From the IMG/VR virus record IMGVR_UViG_3300020181_000017, positions 1-40,358 of that record: 40,358 bases of DNA; one strand, written 5' to 3'. A program made the translations under genes and the position numbers. The DNA comes from a virus (Duplodnaviria > Caudoviricetes). Below the pieces are notes generated by a model that saw only the letters and a list, made by a program, of their open reading frames with translations, searched no databases and was not told the origin of the DNA. This document shows, piece by piece, positions 1-7,562 of this stretch. The number at the start of each line of letters is the position of its first letter. Position 1 is the first letter of the stretch.

Positions 1-124
1 GGATGACAAAGCGGCAGGCGTGGGCGTTTGCGGTGAACTTCATCAAGCTCCCCGCCCTGCTGGTCAAAGACCGAGCTCCGCCAGCTTAGCTTTGTAGTGG
101 GCGATGCGCTCTTCGTATGGAAAT
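1..124. repeat. Terminal direct repeat, left copy (circular contig overlap)
   Basis: Bases 1-124 are identical to 40235-40358; the ORF at 40102-40323 and the 3' end of NinG both lie across it. Confidence 0.97.
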
Positions 125-468
125 GACGGGACGATCTCCCGGCGCTTGGCTTCCAGCCTAGCAACCGTCCCTGGCCCATGATCCTGCTCAAGCCGAACGG
201 CGTAGGCTCCTGGCTGGCCGTTGTAGAGCATGTTGCAGGCGTAGCATTGGACGTTGTTGTTCACCTCGTCATAGCGGAGCGCGAGGTACTGGCGGGGGAT
301 GAAGTGCCCGTTCTGCATTTTCCCCGGAAGATCCCTTCGAGGGCAGGTGTAGCAGGACACTAACCCATCACTTTCAACGGCTGAGTACCGGATGTAGCGG
401 GAGAAGAGGGTATCAAGCTCCTTCTTGAGTTTGGAGATGGATCGCTTCTTCGGTTTAGCGAGCTTCAT
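64..468 (-). CDS. ninG: NinG/Rap-family recombination endonuclease
   Basis: Pattern LDTLFSRYIR, CYTC, NGHF, LRYDEVN, QCYACN is typical of NinG. Confidence 0.85.
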   Translation of the reverse strand: MKLAKPKKRSISKLKKELDTLFSRYIRYSAVESDGLVSCYTCPRRDLPGKMQNGHFIPRQYLALRYDEVNNNVQCYACNMLYNGQPGAYAVRLEQDHGPGTVARLEAKRREIVPSFPYEERIAHYKAKLAELGL

Positions 469-689
469 AGCCCGATGGATTTAAGGGACGCTTCGAGTGC
501 GGCGTTCTCCTCGAATGAGGAGTGGATGACGTGGTGGCCGTCCTTGTCGGCTTCTACAGAAGGGCCACAAGGACATGTCAGCTTGTCCCAGTTATGGGGC
601 TTGATGTCACTCTGAGGCACTACCGCGTTGAAGCCTTCCAACCGAAAGACGATGTAGCCGCCATTCTTAGGAGCAATCCATCTTTTCAT
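465..689 (-). CDS. Small hypothetical protein with His/Cys cluster
   Basis: 74 aa with H..CPCGP..HHVIHS; ATGA overlap with ninG. Confidence 0.7.
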   Translation of the reverse strand: MKRWIAPKNGGYIVFRLEGFNAVVPQSDIKPHNWDKLTCPCGPSVEADKDGHHVIHSSFEENAALEASLKSIGL

Positions 690-985
690 AGGTGTTTAGA
701 TAAAGCCTCGCTTCCGATCAGTAGTAGATTGGGCGAGATTAGAACTATATGATACCAAGCCGGCTATCGTATTCTCCACTCATAACCAGTCTCCTACACT
801 CCGTGATGTAGGCTATCGCCCTCCGATGTGAACACCTGCTTCCGTCATCTTCTAGAAAGAGCCGGCGGCGTCTAGCGCACAGATGTTCACGTCGGAAGGG
901 AGTAGCGCCTGATGTGGACTTACAGTACGCGTTTATTTATCGAGAGGTGCGACTGAGATCTCTCTAGCTTGGTGTTCCAAACGTC

Positions 986-1012
986 AAAAACCCGCAGTCG
1001 TGAGACTACGGG
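986..1012 (-). terminator. Intrinsic terminator / attenuator
   Basis: Minus strand CCCGTAGTC-TCAC-GACTGCGGG followed by TTTTT. Confidence 0.65.
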
Positions 1013-1098
1013 CGTTTGACGGTGCTCATACCGGGAAATGAAGAAGCGTGGCTTCCGCGCTTTCCGGTAGGTACACTAATGTACTTTGGTATGAGCAT
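1006..1098 (-). CDS. Putative 30-aa leader peptide (MLIPKYISVPTGKRGSHASSFPGMSTVKRP)
   Basis: ATG 6 nt after a -10 box; the stop codon falls inside the terminator stem. Confidence 0.3.
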   Translation of the reverse strand: MLIPKYISVPTGKRGSHASSFPGMSTVKRP

Positions 1099-1104
1099 GG
1101 ATAC

Positions 1105-1150
1105 ATAGTACCCCCTGCTCACGTTCACTTGCAATCCGACCTGTTGATAA
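1105..1150 (-). promoter_or_regulatory. Sigma70-type promoter with upstream DnaA-box-like 9-mer
   Basis: TTATCAACA-7nt-TTGCAA-18nt-TACTAT on the minus strand. Confidence 0.6.
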
Positions 1151-1358
1151 CTTCTCGCGAAACGGCCTGCCGTAGCAGACCGTTCATGCGCGCAGTATGG
1201 CTAGCTGTTCGCTAGTGCCGTCTATTGTACTTATCGCGGATGAGCCGACGGTGAAGCACCGCAGCGACTACAAGGGTAGCTACGCAACGGTAAGAGCGGC
1301 ACAAAATACCCATTCACCCAGTTCGGATCGCGGTGTCCGAAGAGCCAGCAGATAATGT

Positions 1359-1649
1359 TCATACCCTTGGCTTAAGAGCTCCGAAGAACGCCTTGCTCCA
1401 CGCGCCCTTGCCCTCGCGCTCGTACCCGTCTGCCGCTGATTTGAGGTAGTAGAGATCCTCAAGGGTGAGACCGGGAGGCATACGTCCGCAAAGGCGGGGG
1501 ATCGTCCATCCTGTCTTCTGGCTGAAGTAGCGGAGCAGCTCCCCGCGCTCTGTCTGACGCTTCTTGGTAGGGACGACGCGGTACCGGCCGAAGAGATCGG
1601 TTGCAGACTGTATCTGGCTGACGGGTTCCTCGCGGTAGGGAGAGTTCAT
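1359..1649 (-). CDS. Hypothetical phage protein
   Basis: 96 aa, 3 nt from the upstream gene, same strand as neighbours. Confidence 0.7.
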   Translation of the reverse strand: MNSPYREEPVSQIQSATDLFGRYRVVPTKKRQTERGELLRYFSQKTGWTIPRLCGRMPPGLTLEDLYYLKSAADGYEREGKGAWSKAFFGALKPRV

Positions 1650-1652
1650 GGT

Positions 1653-1898
1653 CTATCCGCTACAATCATACTTTGAGTACCACCTGCAAACTGAACAACC
1701 CCGGATATTGACCGAACCTGTGTCGTTCGCTTGAACATCGAAGGTGACACGAGGGGCCTGCTGATTGTGTGCCTTTTGACGGCAATCCAGTACACGCTGA
1801 GGCGTCGCCGCCCAACCATTGTCCCAGCCGAGGAAGTGGAACCCCTCTTCCACGCAGGCGGCCTCCTGGCGGACGTACTCCTCGCGGTAGGGCCTCAT
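1653..1898 (-). CDS. Hypothetical Cys-containing protein
   Basis: 81 aa with CSVC; ATGA overlap with the RHH gene. Confidence 0.7.
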   Translation of the reverse strand: MRPYREEYVRQEAACVEEGFHFLGWDNGWAATPQRVLDCRQKAHNQQAPRVTFDVQANDTGSVNIRGCSVCRWYSKYDCSG

Positions 1899-2032
1899 AC
1901 ACCAAGGAGCTTATCCACCGTAGCGACGAGGCTGCGGCGCTCCGCACGAGCTACCTCCTTTAAAGCCTTGTGAGCCCTCCTGCTAATACGCACATTGATG
2001 AACTTGCTCTTGGCCGGTGCTGTTTTAGTCAT
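1895..2032 (-). CDS. Ribbon-helix-helix (Arc/CopG-like) regulator, 45 aa; below the ORF-track cutoff
   Basis: Hand translation MTKTAPAKSKFINVRISRRAHKALKEVARAERRSLVATVDKLLGV shows a beta strand (FINVRI), a helix, an ERRS turn and a second helix; -10 TAAGAT lies 6 nt before the ATG. Confidence 0.75.
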   Translation of the reverse strand: MTKTAPAKSKFINVRISRRAHKALKEVARAERRSLVATVDKLLGV

Positions 2033-2038
2033 ACCCCC

Positions 2039-2115
2039 ATCTTACCCGACCGCCATTGCACGCCAGGAGGTTATCCACATGCCACGCGTGCATCTCTACG
2101 CATGCGTGGTAGCCT
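2039..2115. promoter_or_regulatory. Divergent promoter region with perfect DnaA box and palindromic operator
   Basis: Minus-strand -10 at 2039-2044; TTATCCACA at 2071-2079; inverted repeat CCACGCGTGC-8nt-GCATGCGTGG at 2082-2109; plus-strand extended -10 TGGTAGCCT at 2107-2115. Confidence 0.65.
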
Positions 2116-2309
2116 GTTAGTAGGTAGGACATTGGAAGGGTGTTGATGGGGGAGAGGCGTAGAGTGGAGTAAAACCCAGTCCCGTGAGGCCTTTTAATTC
2201 TACGATGTTCCCCACCAGCACCTTTCCTTCTTAGCTCCTACCCTAAGCTTCAGCCGTTACCTCCCTCCGCTTCTGCTGAAGCTGGCGGAGGTAGCGGGAA
2301 ACAAACATC

Positions 2310-2468
2310 ATGGACACACGAGACTACAGTGCGAAGGAGCTCGTAGAGCTCAACGTGCAGCCTGAGGATCGCGAGGTGCCTATCTGCGATCAGGGACCGG
2401 AGTACGACAAGTACGGGACCCGCAATTATTACGTCAGTCGGGACAACCTCGACTATCACATCTTCTGA
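2310..2468 (+). CDS. Small hypothetical protein (52 aa, MDTRDYSAKE...)
   Basis: Hand-translated; first ORF of a tightly packed plus-strand run. Confidence 0.55.
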   Translation: MDTRDYSAKELVELNVQPEDREVPICDQGPEYDKYGTRNYYVSRDNLDYHIF

Positions 2469-2469
2469 T

Positions 2470-2619
2470 ATGGTAAAGGTAACAATCAAGCGCCTCTCAG
2501 GGCTTCGTGAGACGGCAAAGAAGTGGGAGATAGGGCTCAAGAACGACGTATGGAATGGCAAGCCGCCTTTCCGCTACGTGGACATTGGGCACTCAGTAGC
2601 TAGCCGCAGATACCTATGA
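2470..2619 (+). CDS. Small hypothetical protein (49 aa, MVKVTIKRLS...)
   Basis: Hand-translated; 1 nt after the previous stop, ATGA overlap with the next gene. Confidence 0.55.
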   Translation: MVKVTIKRLSGLRETAKKWEIGLKNDVWNGKPPFRYVDIGHSVASRRYL

Positions 2620-2825
2620 GCCGCAAGAACCGGAGGAACCGTGAGCGCCGACCAGAGGTGAAGCAGGAGACTGGTAGAGAGGTGTTTCTACGATCCGGGA
2701 TCGCTGCCACGTTCGGGGAGAAGGTGGGGGTGGACATGCGCTCCACAGACGACCTGATGAACTGGCTGATCTTCGGCGACGACAAGCATTACTACGGGAG
2801 CCGTGCAGTTAATGATGGCTTCTAA
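2616..2825 (+). CDS. Small hypothetical protein
   Basis: 69 aa, coupled to neighbours. Confidence 0.6.
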   Translation: MSRKNRRNRERRPEVKQETGREVFLRSGIAATFGEKVGVDMRSTDDLMNWLIFGDDKHYYGSRAVNDGF

Positions 2826-2827
2826 AT

Positions 2828-2983
2828 ATGACCTACAACACTGAACGGGCAGAGGAGCTCTCCCTTGAGCGCACCCGCAAGATCAAAGAGAGCATGAGGC
2901 GCAGGGACGAAGAGCGGGCGATCGTCGTCCTTGTGGTAGCTCTCCTGGTGAGCATTATCGGCGTAGCGCACTTCGGAGTATGA
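2828..2983 (+). CDS. Small membrane protein (51 aa, C-terminal TM helix)
   Basis: Hand-translated; ends AIVVLVVALLVSIIGVAHFGV. Confidence 0.55.
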   Translation: MTYNTERAEELSLERTRKIKESMRRRDEERAIVVLVVALLVSIIGVAHFGV

Positions 2984-3050
2984 GCATATGGCCCGCTGTC
3001 ACATACGGGGCACTTCTGGGCATCGGTTCCTACATAGTAGCGTTCGCGTT

Positions 3051-3215
3051 ATGAGCCCCGCCGCACTAGCGCAGCGTGAGGATCTGATCCGCTGGGCACG
3101 CGAGTTCGTGGATGAGCGGTTCAACGCCTGGCTCCTAAGTGTGATGTGGTACCCACGGTATCAGCCGCTTGGGAAGGTCGCGGGGTATGCGTTTATGCAA
3201 AACATTGCACGTTAG
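3051..3215 (+). CDS. Small hypothetical protein
   Basis: MSPAALAQRE...; start uncertain (the ORF track begins at 2988). Confidence 0.45.
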   Translation: MSPAALAQREDLIRWAREFVDERFNAWLLSVMWYPRYQPLGKVAGYAFMQNIAR

Positions 3216-3217
3216 GT

Positions 3218-3382
3218 ATGGAGCCGCTCCAACAGCTCTGCTCCAAGCCTTCTGACGCACATTGGGTGACGATGGAGGATGTTGTTGAACATCTATTCCA
3301 TCTGACCCGCGCAGTGAACACCTTGATCGATGCTCACAACGGGAATGAGACACGCCCTATAGACGCTCACAATAAGCAATAA
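3218..3382 (+). CDS. Small hypothetical protein
   Basis: MEPLQQL...; starts 2 nt after the previous stop. Confidence 0.5.
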   Translation: MEPLQQLCSKPSDAHWVTMEDVVEHLFHLTRAVNTLIDAHNGNETRPIDAHNKQ

Positions 3383-3393
3383 CCAAAATACAT

Positions 3394-4119
3394 ATGCTGA
3401 CATCAGCAACACCAAACGGGCGCTACATCGGTATCAAGTCAGACGGTAAGTTCCACGAGAAGGTGGATGAGGGAACCGAGGGCGCGGTTCTCCGCAAGTA
3501 CGAGCTGAAGGACGGTACCAAGGGAGAGAAGTGGGAGCTCCTCTACCGCTCGATTGAGAAGGTGCGCATCACCAAGATCGAGTTCGAGACCGGCGACTTC
3601 GGAGAGAACATCCTCACGACCTTCTCGGACGGCAAGGATGAAGTCACCTGGTCGGAAGGCACGGGCACGAACTTCGGCACGGACTACATGAAGAAGCTCC
3701 CGAATGTGGACTTCTCGTACCCCGTGGCGGTGATGCCGTACGCGTTCGAGGATGAGCGCGGGAAGGAACGTCGCGGCGTCTCGATCTACCAGAACGGTGA
3801 CAAGATCACGAACTTCTTCTGGGATAGCGAGGCAGGTACCACCTGTAACGGCTTCCCTCAGCCTGAGGGTGACAAGGAGCTGTACGATAGCGACGACTGG
3901 AAGGTGTACTTCATCGGGGTCCGTAAGTTCCTCGTGGCCTTCATCAAGGAGAATGTCGTTCCGAAGGTGCGAGCGGCTGAGCCGAAGGAGTGGCCGATCG
4001 CTGAAGAGATCGAGGGCGAGAAGTTCGACAAGACCCCGGTACCGGGCAAGACGTACGCCAGCTCCAATCCCTCGCTAGATCAGGGTGAGGAGATCCGTCC
4101 CGAGGACGTTCCCTTCTAA
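3394..4119 (+). CDS. Putative ssDNA-binding / recombination accessory protein
   Basis: 241 aa, beta-rich with aromatic residues and an acidic tail EEIRPEDVPF resembling SSB C-termini. Confidence 0.55.
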   Translation: MLTSATPNGRYIGIKSDGKFHEKVDEGTEGAVLRKYELKDGTKGEKWELLYRSIEKVRITKIEFETGDFGENILTTFSDGKDEVTWSEGTGTNFGTDYMKKLPNVDFSYPVAVMPYAFEDERGKERRGVSIYQNGDKITNFFWDSEAGTTCNGFPQPEGDKELYDSDDWKVYFIGVRKFLVAFIKENVVPKVRAAEPKEWPIAEEIEGEKFDKTPVPGKTYASSNPSLDQGEEIRPEDVPF

Positions 4120-4129
4120 TCACATCACT

Positions 4130-4654
4130 ATGACTACATTCAAAGTGGGCGACGTATTAGAGGCCACTACGGCAGACGTCTCATCAACGTACAGACGCAT
4201 CACCCTGAAGCGGCTGAACGAGGACGGAAGATTTAGCTCGGGAGACATGTGGTGGACACCGGATTATTTGGAGAAGAACTTCCACGTAGTGAATAGCGAA
4301 CCGCAGGGGCCAATCGCCTTCATTCTCCAGTACGAACTGGATCATGATCCGTTCGAGACCTTCGCCACCATGAAGGAGGTAGAGGCTCGCATCAAAGAGC
4401 TAGCGAAGCGTGCGGACCTGAAGCGAGAGAGCATCAAGGTCTACGAGGTCGCGAAGACCTACCATGTGTCCTTAGACACCCGCGTGTTCTTCAACGCGCT
4501 CGCGACTGAGACTGGCGAGATCGAGGTAGCCGCTCCCAAGAGGAAGCGCGGTCGTCCGGTCGGATCGAAGACGAGCAAGTTCGCCAAGATCTCGCGGGCA
4601 CAGAAGGCGCGCTGGGCGAAGTGGCGGGAGGAGCGTGCCTCACAAGGCTTCTAA
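4130..4654 (+). CDS. Hypothetical protein with C-terminal AT-hook and basic helix
   Basis: KRKRGRPVGSK then KISRAQKARWAKWR; ATG at 4130 preferred. Confidence 0.7.
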   Translation: MTTFKVGDVLEATTADVSSTYRRITLKRLNEDGRFSSGDMWWTPDYLEKNFHVVNSEPQGPIAFILQYELDHDPFETFATMKEVEARIKELAKRADLKRESIKVYEVAKTYHVSLDTRVFFNALATETGEIEVAAPKRKRGRPVGSKTSKFAKISRAQKARWAKWREERASQGF

Positions 4655-4656
4655 CC

Positions 4657-5043
4657 ATGAGCGTCCGCGATACGAGCAAGGAAGCGTTCGCGAGCATCGG
4701 GGGTGAGCTGACCGAGCGCCAGGCCGCCGTGCTAGCCGTCCTTGAGCGCGGGAAGGCCCTCACGAACAGTGAGCTGGCGCACGAGCTGGCGTGGCCGATC
4801 AACACCGTCACGCCGCGCACACATGAGCTGCGGAGCCTTGGAAGGGTCTATGAGGCCGGAAAAAGGAAGTGCCGCGTCACAGGACGCAGAGCTTATCAGT
4901 GGGCTGCCGGGACAAAGCCTGTCGCCCCGCCTCCGCCAAAGGTGGAAGTGGTGATGGTGGATGGGCGGCCGGTGGCGCGAGTGGTTCAGGACTTACCTGC
5001 CGACTGGGCTCTGCAACGGCACATCAAGCCCTCAGAGGGGTAG
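4657..5043 (+). CDS. Winged helix-turn-helix DNA-binding protein
   Basis: LTERQAAVL..LTNSELAHELAWPINTVTPRTHELRSLGRV, a common phage wHTH pattern. Confidence 0.75.
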   Translation: MSVRDTSKEAFASIGGELTERQAAVLAVLERGKALTNSELAHELAWPINTVTPRTHELRSLGRVYEAGKRKCRVTGRRAYQWAAGTKPVAPPPPKVEVVMVDGRPVARVVQDLPADWALQRHIKPSEG

Positions 5044-5216
5044 CCCGTAATGCACAGCTCGACGCAAGATAGCACCCGCTCAGGGTGCTATTGTGTGTAT
5101 GCGCACTCTCTTAGGTGGACCATCGACAACTACAATCCCAGAACAGAAGAACTTATTTCCGTTCCCCACACCCTTAACTACCTGAGCCCTCGCACGAATA
5201 GCGAGGGTGCGCTTTG

Positions 5217-5741
5217 TTATAGGTGCTTAGCCCAGCCGCCTTGTGAGCCGTGGTACATGCTCCATCGCCAGTCCGTGAGACCGTTAGCGTCATAGATCTT
5301 GCGGGCGCACTTGATGTTGTCGGCGGCGTTGAAGACGTCACCCTCACACTTGTAGTTACGCCAGGTCTGCCGTGCGATCTGGAATACGCCCTCGGGACCT
5401 GTCCCGCTCTCCGCTAGGGGGTCTAGTTCGCTCTCATTTACGGCTACCCAGTACATGATGTGTCCCGGCCCGAACTCCGCCTCTATGGCCTGTTTTACGC
5501 CTTCTGGGCCTATATACGCACGAACCGCCTCCTTAGAGACGGTTGCCTGCGACTTGCCAGTGGTACCAGCCTTAGCTGGTGAAACGATTATACCTCCTGT
5601 CGCTGTGAGCGCGACCTGATCCGTAGCGTTACTGTGGACAAGAGGCGCGTCCACCGTCACTGCGCGAGCAACGAGTGAAACCATTGCGGCAAGTGCCGCG
5701 AAGCCTATGACGAGCAGTGATGCTGGGTGTAGGAATTTTAT
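5217..5741 (-). CDS. Lytic transglycosylase (SLT-like), probably secreted or signal-anchored
   Basis: VAVNES (catalytic Glu), GVFQI and NIKCARKIY motifs. First ATG is at 5684; an in-frame ATA at 5741 would add a hydrophobic signal. Confidence 0.75.
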   Translation of the reverse strand: MKFLHPASLLVIGFAALAAMVSLVARAVTVDAPLVHSNATDQVALTATGGIIVSPAKAGTTGKSQATVSKEAVRAYIGPEGVKQAIEAEFGPGHIMYWVAVNESELDPLAESGTGPEGVFQIARQTWRNYKCEGDVFNAADNIKCARKIYDANGLTDWRWSMYHGSQGGWAKHL

Positions 5742-5829
5742 ACGCTAGAGCGCACGTCGTTCAGGAGTTCTCACCGGACCTAGGGAAGCGACTAGCGACC
5801 CGTGCCGGATGCCGTTTCAGACGGGGAAA

Positions 5830-6108
5830 CTAGTCCTTCTTGAGAAGGTGATGTCCGCCCACCGAACCGAGGAAGAGAAGCGCGGCAAGGACGAGCTCGC
5901 TGATCGAGGTCTCGCTAACCGGATCGCCTCCGAGCATGAAGTAGATCGAGGCCATGACGACGGAGAACACCGCTGCGATCAGTCGGACGACGATCTTCCG
6001 CGTCTCCTCAGAGAGGTCGAAGACCGGGAGACGCTTAGTGGCGCTGGTAAGTCCGGTGACGATGAGCGGGAGCAGAACCGGAATAACGGCTGCGAGTATG
6101 TTGGTCAT
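5830..6108 (-). CDS. Holin-like membrane protein
   Basis: 92 aa, three hydrophobic segments and a basic C-terminus; lies between two muralytic genes. Confidence 0.65.
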   Translation of the reverse strand: MTNILAAVIPVLLPLIVTGLTSATKRLPVFDLSEETRKIVVRLIAAVFSVVMASIYFMLGGDPVSETSISELVLAALLFLGSVGGHHLLKKD

Positions 6109-6114
6109 AGACCC

Positions 6115-6804
6115 CTATTTTAACCCGAGCTTCTGCTTCAAAAGCGCGAGAACTGTGGACAAGAGGGATACCTGCTTCTTGAGCCCAGCCATGTAGTCAG
6201 CGACCGTGAGCTCCTTCATGAAGGGCATTGGCGAAATACAGCCGTTAGTTCCGTTCTCGTAGTTGATGATCTCGTAGTACCAGCCGTCGTGCTTCAGGAG
6301 GCCGGAGCCGTCTGAGAGATAGTGACGCTTCTTGTTCACGGTCTTTACCCGCCTAACGGGGCGCACCTGGGGGCCGTGAAGGTGAGTGCCCGCCTTGGAG
6401 CCTGCGAGCTTCTGCGCCTTCGTGACCAGCTTGCCCTTGGCGTAGACGGTGCCGGAGTTCCCGGCGGTCATGAGGATGTCGCCCACCTGGTAGGTCTTAC
6501 CCACCTCAGCGAGGACCTTGTGCGCGTGGCCGTAGGAGATCTCGGCCCAGTCTGAGAGGCCGTTGTCGGCGTTCACCAGCGTGAAGACTGCGCGGTATTT
6601 GTCGGGATCGGGGTTGTCCCGGTTCATGACCGAATAGCAGAAGGCGTTCCTGGCGAGGTTCGGGACAGGCTCGCCGTGCTCGTAGGCCCAGTCGATCGTC
6701 GTGTGCCCGATGAGGCCAGTCTTGGCGTAGCTCTCGTTGGCGTTCTCGGAAAAGCCTTGGGTGATCCTGGCGAGTGAGACCGGAAGGTAAAGAGATAGTT
6801 TCAT
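6115..6804 (-). CDS. M23-family peptidase-like endolysin
   Basis: GHTTID (HxxxD), YGH, AGNSG and HLH zinc motifs. Confidence 0.75.
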   Translation of the reverse strand: MKLSLYLPVSLARITQGFSENANESYAKTGLIGHTTIDWAYEHGEPVPNLARNAFCYSVMNRDNPDPDKYRAVFTLVNADNGLSDWAEISYGHAHKVLAEVGKTYQVGDILMTAGNSGTVYAKGKLVTKAQKLAGSKAGTHLHGPQVRPVRRVKTVNKKRHYLSDGSGLLKHDGWYYEIINYENGTNGCISPMPFMKELTVADYMAGLKKQVSLLSTVLALLKQKLGLK

Positions 6805-6808
6805 AGGT

Positions 6809-7243
6809 TTAGGCAGCGGGGCCGCCGTCGATTGTTAGGTTCTGAGGCACAAGGGCTTTCAGCCTGTCATTCTCGGCTTCGAGTGCGTCCACACGCTTTT
6901 CTAGGGTCTCGATCTGAGTGGTGAGCTGTGACTTCTCGATGTTATGCGAGGAGACGATATTCTTGAGCTTGTCCTCATGCTCCATCATGAGGGTCTTCAT
7001 CTCTAGCTCGTGCGCCGCGCGCTCTGCTCCGAGCTGTAGATCCTTCTTCTCCAAGCGCTTGTCCAGTTCGTCGAGGCGCTTTTCGAGCTTGTCCGAGTAC
7101 CGACGCCAACCGGCTGACGCCACCTCATCCGTTTCCGCCCGGATGCGGCCCTTGTTCGCCAGGTACTTGAGGAACGTTACGAACGCCGTACCTGAGAAGA
7201 AGGCGACGAGCACCGCACCGATCTGGGCGGCTAGCTCGTTCAT
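6809..7243 (-). CDS. Membrane-anchored coiled-coil protein (lysis region)
   Basis: N-terminal TM helix followed by long heptad repeats. Confidence 0.7.
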   Translation of the reverse strand: MNELAAQIGAVLVAFFSGTAFVTFLKYLANKGRIRAETDEVASAGWRRYSDKLEKRLDELDKRLEKKDLQLGAERAAHELEMKTLMMEHEDKLKNIVSSHNIEKSQLTTQIETLEKRVDALEAENDRLKALVPQNLTIDGGPAA

Positions 7244-7560
7244 GTTTCTCGGCGCTTAAACTGGAAGAAGCTGGTCGCTACGGCTCCCAAGAAGGTGAGC
7301 ACAACCGCAGTCTCGATGAGGTTGTTCACGAGGATCTGCTCGAAGTTGATACGCGCGTAAATGTCCTTGATGTCCGCGTAGAACTGAAGCGACCAAAGAA
7401 CCTGAAGGAAGCGGAGGCTGAACGCCGCATACAGCAAAACCCACAAGTGGGTAGAGCTGGTTTTGAACTTCACTATCTGCCAGGCATAGAACGCTGACGC
7501 GCCCGAAGCGAATAGCTTCAGGCCCAGCGAGTAGATGAGGAGATAATGGGCGAGTTCCAT
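7240..7560 (-). CDS. Three-TM membrane protein
   Basis: Three hydrophobic helices; ATGA overlap with the next gene. Confidence 0.7.
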   Translation of the reverse strand: MELAHYLLIYSLGLKLFASGASAFYAWQIVKFKTSSTHLWVLLYAAFSLRFLQVLWSLQFYADIKDIYARINFEQILVNNLIETAVVLTFLGAVATSFFQFKRRET

Positions 7561-7562
7561 AC

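Noticed and set aside
1-124. Biological direct terminal repeat (T7-like genome ends)
   Set aside because: An exact 124-bp overlap lying inside coding sequence is more simply an assembler circularisation overlap; true termini need read data.
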